Below, piece by piece: positions 8,930-16,609 of a stretch of DNA of 64,000 nucleotides (position 1 is the stretch's first letter; every line of letters begins with the position of its first letter). The DNA is taken from the NCBI GenBank assembly GCA_903875045.1, contig CAIQUS010000160.1, forward strand, positions 17-64,016, read 5' to 3'. Both the position numbers and the translations under genes were made by a program. The stretch is from an uncultured Bacteroidales bacterium (lineage in GTDB: Bacteria > Bacteroidota > Bacteroidia > Bacteroidales > FEN-979). The notes beneath the pieces were generated by a model. It was not told the DNA's origin. It saw only the letters and a list, made by a program, of their open reading frames with translations, and made no database searches.

Positions 8930-10315
8930 ATGGAACACGTTAAACTATACATTGATGAGCACAAAGACAGGTTTTTAGAGGAACTCTTTGGATTGATCCG
9001 GATACCATCCATCAGTTCGTCTGTTGAACATAAGGAGGACATGATCAAGGCAGCTGAATATTGGAAGAAATCGCTTCGTGAGGCCGGTTGTGACAGAAGT
9101 GAACTTTTTTCCACAGATGGGAATCCGATTGTATTTGGTGAGAAAATCATTGACCCATCATTACCAACCGTTTTGGTTTATGGCCATTATGATGTAATGC
9201 CTGTTGATCCGGTTGAATTGTGGGAATCCAAGCCTTTCAAACCGGAAGTGCGCAATGGCAGGATTTATGCCCGCGGTGCCGATGATGATAAAGGGCAGGC
9301 ATTTATGCATGCGAAAGCTTTTGAACTGATGGTTCGCACCAATACCCTGCCATGTAATGTCAAATTCATGATTGAGGGTGAAGAGGAAGTGGGCTCCATG
9401 AACATCGCCCCTTTTTGCCTCAGGCACAAAGAGATGCTGAAATCGGATATCATCCTGGTTTCCGATACCAGTATGATTGCACTGAACACGCCATCCATTA
9501 CGGTTGGTCTCCGCGGACTGGCCTACATGCAGGTAGAGGTAACAGGACCCGGTTTTGATCTTCATTCCGGAATATTTGGTGGTGCCGTGGCAAATCCGAT
9601 CAATGCGCTCACTAAAATGATCGCTTCGCTCACCGATGAAAATGGCCGCATCACCATCCCGGGATTTTATGATGATGTGATTGAAATCTCCCGTCATGAA
9701 CGTGATGAGATGGCCAAAGCCCCGTTTGATGAGGTAAAATACAAGAAAAATCTGAATGTGGAGGAATTGTATGGAGAAGCCGGCTTCACAACCAAGGAGC
9801 GAACCGGCATCCGTCCCACACTCGATGTGAACGGTATTTGGGGTGGCTATACCTCTGAAGGGACAAAAACAGTGCTCCCGGCCAAGGCTTATGCCAAAAT
9901 TTCCATGAGGCTCGTCCCGGATCAGGATTTCGTTAAAATCGGTGAACTTTTTGAAAAACATTTTAGAACCATTGCACCCAACACGGTGAAAGTTAATGTG
10001 CAAACCCTCCATGGCGGACAAGCTTATGTATCGCCAATCGACACAATTGGTTACAAGGCTGCAAGCAAAGCCATCGAAACCGTTCTGGGTAAAAAGCCGA
10101 TTCCCGTGCGTAGCGGCGGTAGCATTCCGATCATCCCTCAATTTGAGGAAATTCTTGGCGTCAAAACTATTTTATTGGGATTTGGCCTTGAATCGGATGC
10201 TTGTCATTCCCCCAATGAGAATTATCCACTTGATAACTTTTACAAAGGAATTGAGACCATCCCTTATTTCTACAAATTTTTTACCGGGATGTGGAAGGAG
10301 AAACAACAATCCTGA
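8930..10315 (+). CDS. M20-family dipeptidase / metallopeptidase (ArgE/DapE/CPG2 family)
   Basis: VLVYGHYDVMPVD, ARGADDDKGQ and MIEGEEEVGS are metal-ligand motifs of peptidase M20. I prefer the start at MEHVKLY (8930) over the ORF-track start at 8870, which lies inside the promoter region. Confidence 0.85.
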   Translation: MEHVKLYIDEHKDRFLEELFGLIRIPSISSSVEHKEDMIKAAEYWKKSLREAGCDRSELFSTDGNPIVFGEKIIDPSLPTVLVYGHYDVMPVDPVELWESKPFKPEVRNGRIYARGADDDKGQAFMHAKAFELMVRTNTLPCNVKFMIEGEEEVGSMNIAPFCLRHKEMLKSDIILVSDTSMIALNTPSITVGLRGLAYMQVEVTGPGFDLHSGIFGGAVANPINALTKMIASLTDENGRITIPGFYDDVIEISRHERDEMAKAPFDEVKYKKNLNVEELYGEAGFTTKERTGIRPTLDVNGIWGGYTSEGTKTVLPAKAYAKISMRLVPDQDFVKIGELFEKHFRTIAPNTVKVNVQTLHGGQAYVSPIDTIGYKAASKAIETVLGKKPIPVRSGGSIPIIPQFEEILGVKTILLGFGLESDACHSPNENYPLDNFYKGIETIPYFYKFFTGMWKEKQQS

Positions 10316-10327
10316 TCATGATCTTGG

Positions 10328-10555
10328 GTGCCATTCTTATATCTAAATGAAAATACACGGGGTTGTAAAATTTTGACCATGAACTTAACCGAACAATACA
10401 TCCAGACCTCTCTGCCAATTAAATCAGAGTTGATAAAAATATTTTCAAAGGAATACCCGAAAGTGATTTTTGATATTGGTGCCTGCGATGGGATTGACTC
10501 CGTTAGATACAGCCGCTTGTTTGAAAGTTCAACGGTTGAATATTCCGAAAAATAA
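10328..10555 (+). pseudogene. N-terminal fragment of an FkbM-family SAM-dependent methyltransferase
   Basis: KVIFDIGACDGIDSVRYSRLF is the motif-I (DIGAxxG) region of Methyltransf_21/FkbM. The frame stops right where the FEP motif is expected, and the remainder of the domain resumes at 14153. Confidence 0.6.
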
Positions 10556-10601
10556 CTGTTTCGTCCCGATTATTGACGCAATTCAGAATGACTTATTTTT
10601 T

Positions 10602-10632
10602 TTGTCGCAAATAGTTACTAAATTTGCGACAA
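10602..10632. promoter_or_regulatory. Perfect 11-bp inverted repeat TTGTCGCAAAT-n9-ATTTGCGACAA overlapping a TAAATTTG -7 box (10619..10626); candidate AbiEi autoregulatory operator/promoter
   Basis: Arms read directly at 10602-10612 and 10622-10632. The -7 box ends 22 nt before the abiEi ATG (10649). Confidence 0.5.
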
Positions 10633-10648
10633 GATAAAAACAAACATA

Positions 10649-11245
10649 ATGTCAAATAGTATTGAATATCAGTTATTAGAAAAGACAAAGCGAAGCCATA
10701 GAGGTACACTTTTCTTCGTGGAAAGTTTTTCCAAAATAGCCAACACTAAAGCCGTAAACAAAGCTTTAGAACGCTTAGTAATATCGGGTGAATTAGAGCG
10801 AGTTGCCACAGGTATTTATGTTCGCCCTGTTATAGATGATTACATTGGAAAAGTATTGCCCAGCATTGAAGAAATTGCCGTTGCCATTGCCAAAAGAGAC
10901 AGAGCTACGATAGTTCCAACCGGCAGCTATGCATTGTATAAATTGGGATTGACAACGCAAGTACCATTGAATATTGTTTTTTATTCCGATACTTCGGCAA
11001 GGAAAATTAAAATCGGGAAACAAACAATTACGTTTAAAAAAGCAAGTTCTAAAAACTTGTCTTTCATTGGCAAAATCAGCACATTGGCAATTCAGGCGTT
11101 ACGGACAATTGGTAAAGACCAAACAACAGCCGAAGAAATATTACAAATAAAGAAGATTTTGAAAAATGAAAACCCAAAACACCTGCAACACGATTTGCAA
11201 TTAGCACCTGTTTGGATTAGAAAATTGATTGCAACCAATGAATAA
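10649..11245 (+). CDS. abiEi: AbiEi-family type IV toxin-antitoxin antitoxin (winged-helix transcriptional regulator)
   Basis: 198 aa. It overlaps the downstream nucleotidyltransferase toxin gene by 17 nt. The N-terminal region (AVNKALERLVISGELERVATGIYVRP) is typical of AbiEi/DUF6088-type antitoxins. Confidence 0.7.
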   Translation: MSNSIEYQLLEKTKRSHRGTLFFVESFSKIANTKAVNKALERLVISGELERVATGIYVRPVIDDYIGKVLPSIEEIAVAIAKRDRATIVPTGSYALYKLGLTTQVPLNIVFYSDTSARKIKIGKQTITFKKASSKNLSFIGKISTLAIQALRTIGKDQTTAEEILQIKKILKNENPKHLQHDLQLAPVWIRKLIATNE

Positions 11246-12257
11246 GTCTATATATTTACAAGAATGGTTTCGGTTGCCCGATGAAACCAAAGTCAGATTA
11301 TTTTCTGAAACAAGCCGACAAATCGGCTTACCATCTTCATCAGCCTCAGAAAAAGATTGGTGGATAGTGCATACTTTGGCGGCAATTTTTTCAATGGAAT
11401 GTGCAAGTGCTCTCATTTTTAAAGGTGGGACATCATTGAGCAAAGGTTGGAATGTGATACAACGTTTTTCGGAAGACATTGACTTGGCGTTGGACAGAGA
11501 ATTTCTTGGTTTCACAGGTGAGTTATCTAAACAAGACATTAAAAAACTAAGAAGGAAATCATATCAGTTTATTTCGGAAGTGTTTACGGAAGAATTGAAA
11601 AATAAATTTGCACAATTGGGTTTTAAAAATATAACTGTCAAAGCCCGTGAAGTAGAAAATCACGACCAAGACCCTTTAATTATTGAAATTTATTACAACA
11701 AACTAACAGAAAAAGATACTTACTTAAAACCGGGTGTTTTGGTCGAAGTAGGCAGTCGTTCATTGAAAGAACCATTTACACAAAGAACTTTTGGTACATT
11801 CGTTTCGGAAGTTTACACAGACAATCCTTTTACGGACAAACAGATTTCTATTCCTGTTGTAAATCCCGAGCGAACATTTTTAGAAAAGATATTTTTGTTA
11901 CACGAAGAATTTCAAAAACCGTCAGATAAAATACGGGTTGAACGCCTTAGCCGACACCTTTACGATATTGAAAAATTGAACCAAACTGAATATGCAAAAA
12001 TTGCATTACAAGACGCTGAACTATACAATACTATCGTAAGACATCGAAGTAAGTTCACAGCTATTTCGGGTATTGACTACTCAAAACACAATCCTGCAAA
12101 CATAAGCATTGTTCCACCCGACACAATCATAAAAAAGTGGGAAGCAGACTACAAAGAAATGAAAGGAAGTATGCTTTACGGACAAGTTTTAAACTTTGAC
12201 GAACTCATAAACCGACTGACTGAATTACAAAAACGAATAAACAAAATCCAACACTAA
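11229..12257 (+). CDS. abiEii: AbiEii/AbiGii-family nucleotidyltransferase toxin (DUF1814)
   Basis: 342 aa with LIFKGGTSLSKGW....RFSEDIDL, the GS-x-DxD nucleotidyltransferase core of the AbiEii family. Paired with abiEi upstream. Confidence 0.8.
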   Translation: MQPMNKSIYLQEWFRLPDETKVRLFSETSRQIGLPSSSASEKDWWIVHTLAAIFSMECASALIFKGGTSLSKGWNVIQRFSEDIDLALDREFLGFTGELSKQDIKKLRRKSYQFISEVFTEELKNKFAQLGFKNITVKAREVENHDQDPLIIEIYYNKLTEKDTYLKPGVLVEVGSRSLKEPFTQRTFGTFVSEVYTDNPFTDKQISIPVVNPERTFLEKIFLLHEEFQKPSDKIRVERLSRHLYDIEKLNQTEYAKIALQDAELYNTIVRHRSKFTAISGIDYSKHNPANISIVPPDTIIKKWEADYKEMKGSMLYGQVLNFDELINRLTELQKRINKIQH

Positions 12258-12377
12258 ACGAACAAACAACAACAAATGAGAAAATAAGAACGAAGGCATA
12301 CACAGTACCCCCGGTCCCTCCCTTTTCAAGGGACGGGTTGGGGGTGGGTAGATTGACGGCCAACGTTGTTTAAAAAC

Positions 12378-14054
12378 TTAGAAGTCCCTAACGCAGCGGG
12401 CTGAGAAGGCATGCGCCTTGTTGGTGTTGTTGTACATGTAACAGGTACCACCGAAGAAGGTCAAGTCCCAACCGGATATGGCATCGACTTGGTTACTACT
12501 CCAGTAGTAGCCGGCAGTGCCTCGATTGTAAATCAAGCCATCGCTGTAGATCAGGTATCCGGCAGCATGGAGTTTTAGTGGAGAGCCGAAAGGGCCATTC
12601 CAGTCTGTCCAATTGCCACTGGCATCAACGTTAGTCCACTCCGTGCTGGTTGGAATGCGCCAGCCGGTGCCAAGTTCAATGGTGCATGGGTCGTTGGCGG
12701 TTATCCAGTTTGAACTTTCGCTAATGCTGCTAATCCACGTGGTACCGGGTATTCTTGAACTGATATATTGATACCCCTGCTTGCGGTTAAACTGGAAGTA
12801 CCAGCCTGCAGAAGCTTCAGTGGCATCAGAAACCACAGTACCCTGCTGGCTTGCGCCAAGGCTTCTGGTGATCCAGCACTTGGTAAGTTCGCCTGGCATA
12901 TTGTTAACCGTGCCATAAGTTACAGTTTTATCAACCGGAGCTACGCCGCCGGCAGCTAAATGATTGATAGTGATTGAAGCACCACAAGAAAAAGGACAAC
13001 CGGAGGTTGATTCTGTCAGTATTGCTGGTGCTGAGTTTCCACACGAACCATAAGCCCAAACATATCTTGAATAATTCGTGCTGCACGTCAGCCCGGTTTC
13101 AGCAATCTGCAAACTTGTTCCCATTTCCACCGCATTGGCAAAATTATTGGAAACACTCCATTTGTAGCCCGTGGCTCCCGTAACTGGATTCCATTTCCAT
13201 ACAATCTGAGTCGCTGATGGAATTTGGGTGCCGGCAGTCGGAGGCTCAGGGTTGTGCAATGTTGTTTGTGTCAGGATGGACGGAGCCGAACTTCCACAAC
13301 CATTATATGCCCACAAATATCTTGTATATGGGGTGTAACAGGTCATACCAGTTTCAGTTTTAGTTATTACAAGCCCTATATCAGTTGCAGTTCCAAAATC
13401 ATCGATAGTATTCCATTTATACCCTGTTGCACCAATGGATGTGTTCCAGTTCCAGGTGATCTGATTGGCTGTAGGAACATGAATACCTGGTATAGGTGAT
13501 GAAGGAAATGATAAAGTTGATTGTGTCAGGATTGTTGGGACTGAAGTGCCGCAATCAGAATATGCCCATATATACCTTGTCAACAAAGTATTACAGGTAA
13601 GTCCTGTTTCAGTCATTGATGTTACCATTCCTATGTCAGAGGAAGTCGTGTAATTATTCAAAGTATTCCACTTAAAGCCACTGGTACCAAGGCTTGTGCT
13701 CCAATTCCATGTTATTTGGCTTGGCATCGCGAAATGGGTTCCGGCAATCGGTGCCACTGAGGAACAGGGGGCATAAGTTCTCCAGGCACCGTTAGAGTAA
13801 ACACTAATGGCTCCGTTTATGCCACAGTCCGTACAAAACACCATCAAACCTTCTGCTGGACTTACAATGGCATTGCGCTGTTCAAATGATAACCGGGGAA
13901 TTAAAACCCCTTTGTTGGCAGATTTGACATCGAGCATTGCCGATGCAGCAGGGAGGTTGTTATCTTCGTTGATACTTACCTGTGCGAATAGGTAAAAAGA
14001 CGGGAGAGTTAAGAAAAATCCCAGCACGATAAAAAATTTGTAAAGGGTTTTCAT
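12378..14054 (-). CDS. Secreted FISUMP-domain protein (Fibrobacter succinogenes major paralogous domain) with three FN3-like repeats
   Basis: Signal peptide MKTLYKFFIVLGFFLTLPSFYLFAQ (start moved to M17 of the ORF). Three 85-aa repeats follow. The C-terminal WRIPTSTEWTNV...LKLHAAGY...GYYWSS...AFSARCVRD is typical of TIGR02145-type domains. Confidence 0.8.
   Translation of the reverse strand: MKTLYKFFIVLGFFLTLPSFYLFAQVSINEDNNLPAASAMLDVKSANKGVLIPRLSFEQRNAIVSPAEGLMVFCTDCGINGAISVYSNGAWRTYAPCSSVAPIAGTHFAMPSQITWNWSTSLGTSGFKWNTLNNYTTSSDIGMVTSMTETGLTCNTLLTRYIWAYSDCGTSVPTILTQSTLSFPSSPIPGIHVPTANQITWNWNTSIGATGYKWNTIDDFGTATDIGLVITKTETGMTCYTPYTRYLWAYNGCGSSAPSILTQTTLHNPEPPTAGTQIPSATQIVWKWNPVTGATGYKWSVSNNFANAVEMGTSLQIAETGLTCSTNYSRYVWAYGSCGNSAPAILTESTSGCPFSCGASITINHLAAGGVAPVDKTVTYGTVNNMPGELTKCWITRSLGASQQGTVVSDATEASAGWYFQFNRKQGYQYISSRIPGTTWISSISESSNWITANDPCTIELGTGWRIPTSTEWTNVDASGNWTDWNGPFGSPLKLHAAGYLIYSDGLIYNRGTAGYYWSSNQVDAISGWDLTFFGGTCYMYNNTNKAHAFSARCVRDF
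13005..13757 (-). repeat. Three tandem ~255-bp coding repeats (85-aa FN3-like modules)
   Basis: QITWNWSTSLGTSGFKWNT..., QITWNWNTSIGATGYKWNT... and QIVWKWNPVTGATGYKWSV... recur with an exact 85-residue period (I130, I215, I300 of the ORF-track translation). Confidence 0.8.
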
Positions 14055-14152
14055 AGGATTACGTTTTATAGTTGCAAGGGTAAAATTAAACAAAATAATC
14101 ATATAAATGGCAATCCAACATAATATTTCCTGAATTATTTTCTCGAAGGATC

Positions 14153-14824
14153 ATGGTTCATTCATTTGAACCATTGCCACACAACCATCAGCAATGTCTT
14201 GAGAATTTTGCAAAATATTCAAACGGGAAAATAGTAGCTCACCAGATAGCCCTGAGCGACAAAAACGGATTTGCAACTTTTTTTGTCTCTTCCGGAAATC
14301 CTGAAGGGGCCAACAAGGAGGAATGGGATTTTGGCAACAAGTCAAGTTCATTGTATCCTCCTGATCCGACCTTTAAAAAGGCTGAATGGTTGGCATTCAA
14401 TGAACAAATTGAGGTGAAAACTCAAACGATCGCCTCCTTTTGTAAAGAAAATGCGATCAATAAAATTGATTTCATCCATCTTGATGTACAAGGAGCCGAA
14501 TTGGATGTGTTAAAAGGTGCAGGGGCTTTTCTCAATACCGTGTGTGGTATCTGGCTTGAAGTTGAAAACGTTTCAATGTATCAGGGACAGCCGCTTAAAA
14601 ATGAAATTGAGACTTTTATGAAGAGAGCAAATTTCTTTAAAGCAAAGGATATGGCTTTTGATGATTATGGAGATCAGTTGTATCTGAATGCATCATTCTA
14701 CTCCAGATACAAATGGTTTGTGGTAAAAAACATTGCAATCAGCCGACTCATAACCTTATACACAACGATCATCCCTTTAGAACTGCGCAGAATCCTCAAG
14801 CTAAAGCAAAGACTAAGTAGTTGA
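14153..14824 (+). pseudogene. C-terminal ~220-aa fragment of the FkbM-family methyltransferase
   Basis: It begins MVHSFEPLPHNHQQCLENF (the post-motif-I FEP motif), followed by ALSDKNGFATFFVS and IDFIHLDVQGAELDVLKGA, typical of FkbM. The frame is open back to 14108 without a plausible N-terminus. Confidence 0.65.
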
Positions 14825-14852
14825 TATGTTTTCCGTTACTTTGGTTTCAGGA

Positions 14853-16607
14853 TTAATTCCTGATGAGTTTAACCGAGGTGGTTCCTTTGGGGCCGGATTT
14901 TTGTACCAGGTAGATTCCTTTGGGCCAGGCAGAAACGTCAATCGCTCCGGGGTTGCACCCTTGATAGTAAGTTTGTCCAAAATTATTGACGATCAAAATT
15001 TTTGAGTCAAAATCAGCTGGGTCCCCGACATGGATTAGTAACCTGTTTTGACATGGATTTGGTGATATGCCAAAGGTTGATGCTTCATTAAGGGCAATTC
15101 CCATCGGTGTAAAATTGAACATCAATGGAGAAGAAAAGGAACCTGGCATAAATCCGTTATCAATTGTTTGGACGCTGAAATAGTATGTTCCTGTCGGGAT
15201 GCCGGAAATAACCCAGCTGGTGTCGGAACTGGCATTTCCTGGGGCAGTCACCGCACGGTTGCCGGTAAATCGTGATGCCAGCGGGGATAAAACATCATGC
15301 GAATCTGGCATGGTTCCCATACAGATGTTATAGGTTAGCGCATTCTTCGGGGTTTGTGCATCAGAGGCACTGCTCCAGTGTAAAATTGCCTTGTCCGCTT
15401 CCATGGTTACCTCAAGCCCCTGTGGTGGTGTTGGCGGTGTGTTCTGGGTGAAAACCCCAATATTGCCGAGGTTGTTGAGAAAAAGTTCTGTTTTCGGGGT
15501 TTCGTAAGCATCAAGCCCGGTAAAAAGAAGATCCGTGTATCCATCGTTGTTGTAATCACCCCAGGTCACTCCTCCAAGCTTGTACCCGGGAAGCAATGTG
15601 CTGACATCCGCAAAGGTCACGTTACCGGTATTTTTCAATAATCGTGTAACGGCTGCACCACCGCAGCCGGAGATGGTGCCCATCAATACAATGTCTGCCA
15701 AACCATCTCCGTCAAAATCACCAAGATCAATGGAAGGGTTCAGCAGGTTGGCTGAATTATTGTCGAATTTGGTAAAATGATCGTAACCATCGTTTTGATA
15801 TATAAGAAAATATCCGTCTACATATAAATCCATCCCGGCAATTACCAGATCCTGATCGCCATCGTTATCGAGATCTGCCCATTTGGCTTGTCCGCCATAT
15901 AGTCCGACAAATGGCTCGGGGGCGACGGTAACTTCGGAAAACACCCCATGATTGTTTTTATACAGTTTCGTTACCATTCCTCCACCGGTGTTTCCACAAA
16001 CCATTACATCCGATTGCCCGTCGTTGTTGTAGTCGTTCCAGCAGCACATGGTGGTCTCTATGGCGGGTAGTGGGGCATTGATGTTGATAAACTGTCCGCT
16101 GCCGTTGTTTCTGAAGATTCCGGCCATCGAACTTCCGGCCAGCAGGATATCCAGGTTGCCGTCATTGTCGAGATCGCCCCATGAAGCCTGTCCATCCATC
16201 ACACCGGGCAGGTTGATACCTGAATCGGTAAAGATGCCATTGTTGTTTTTAAATATGATCGTATGTGGATTCCCCAGGCTTTCAATGCCGGTAACCAGCA
16301 AATCCAGGTCGTTGTCATTGTCGTAATCACCCCATTCCACTGAACCAAAATGCAAGGGTAGGAGGTTGGCCTGCAGGTCGGTGAAAGTTCCATTATCGTT
16401 TCTGAAAATTTTCGTAACCGGGCTGTTTCCTTCCGCACCGCTCAGCGCAAGGTCGAGATCGCCATCGTGGTCGAAATCGCCCCAGGCACAGGCACTGTAG
16501 GCGAGTTGCGGGAGTATGATGTTTGCAGGAGAGAAAGGTGGTTGCTGTGCTTGTGACCTGATCAGAAAGACCAGGATTAACAGAATCGATATAGAAAGAA
16601 ATTTCAT
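14853..16607 (-). CDS. FG-GAP/VCBS-repeat protein with T9SS type-A C-terminal sorting domain
   Basis: Signal peptide MKFLSISILLILVFLIRSQA. It has many WGDxDNDGxLD FG-GAP repeats and a C-terminal ISPNPCQNRLLI...KGIYLVQ...VKLIRN Por-secretion tail. Confidence 0.8.
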   Translation of the reverse strand: MKFLSISILLILVFLIRSQAQQPPFSPANIILPQLAYSACAWGDFDHDGDLDLALSGAEGNSPVTKIFRNDNGTFTDLQANLLPLHFGSVEWGDYDNDNDLDLLVTGIESLGNPHTIIFKNNNGIFTDSGINLPGVMDGQASWGDLDNDGNLDILLAGSSMAGIFRNNGSGQFININAPLPAIETTMCCWNDYNNDGQSDVMVCGNTGGGMVTKLYKNNHGVFSEVTVAPEPFVGLYGGQAKWADLDNDGDQDLVIAGMDLYVDGYFLIYQNDGYDHFTKFDNNSANLLNPSIDLGDFDGDGLADIVLMGTISGCGGAAVTRLLKNTGNVTFADVSTLLPGYKLGGVTWGDYNNDGYTDLLFTGLDAYETPKTELFLNNLGNIGVFTQNTPPTPPQGLEVTMEADKAILHWSSASDAQTPKNALTYNICMGTMPDSHDVLSPLASRFTGNRAVTAPGNASSDTSWVISGIPTGTYYFSVQTIDNGFMPGSFSSPLMFNFTPMGIALNEASTFGISPNPCQNRLLIHVGDPADFDSKILIVNNFGQTYYQGCNPGAIDVSAWPKGIYLVQKSGPKGTTSVKLIRN

Positions 16608-16609
16608 TT

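Larger units (their letters stand above)
10556..14107. mobile_element. Putative ~3.6-kb insertion (AbiEi/AbiEii TA pair plus FISUMP surface-protein gene) interrupting the FkbM methyltransferase gene; no recombinase seen
   Basis: It is bounded by the two halves of one methyltransferase domain. The AbiE part looks more AT-rich than the flanks by eye (not computed). No integrase, transposase or clear terminal repeats were found. Confidence 0.45.

Noticed and set aside
12258-12377. Hairpin cccccggtccct...agggacggg..ggggg as a terminator between abiEii and the FISUMP gene
   Set aside because: Only 6 contiguous base pairs plus interrupted G/C pairing, with no flanking T-run. This is too weak to annotate.
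12378-12530. Diversity-generating retroelement targeting the FISUMP C-terminus
   Set aside because: No reverse transcriptase gene and no template-repeat copy of the 3' end are visible in the window.
10556-14107. Calling the island an IS element, transposon or integrative element
   Set aside because: No transposase, integrase or recombinase ORF, no tRNA target and no convincing terminal inverted or direct repeats were found. Only a weak similarity exists between the junction sequences. It is kept as a generic putative insertion.
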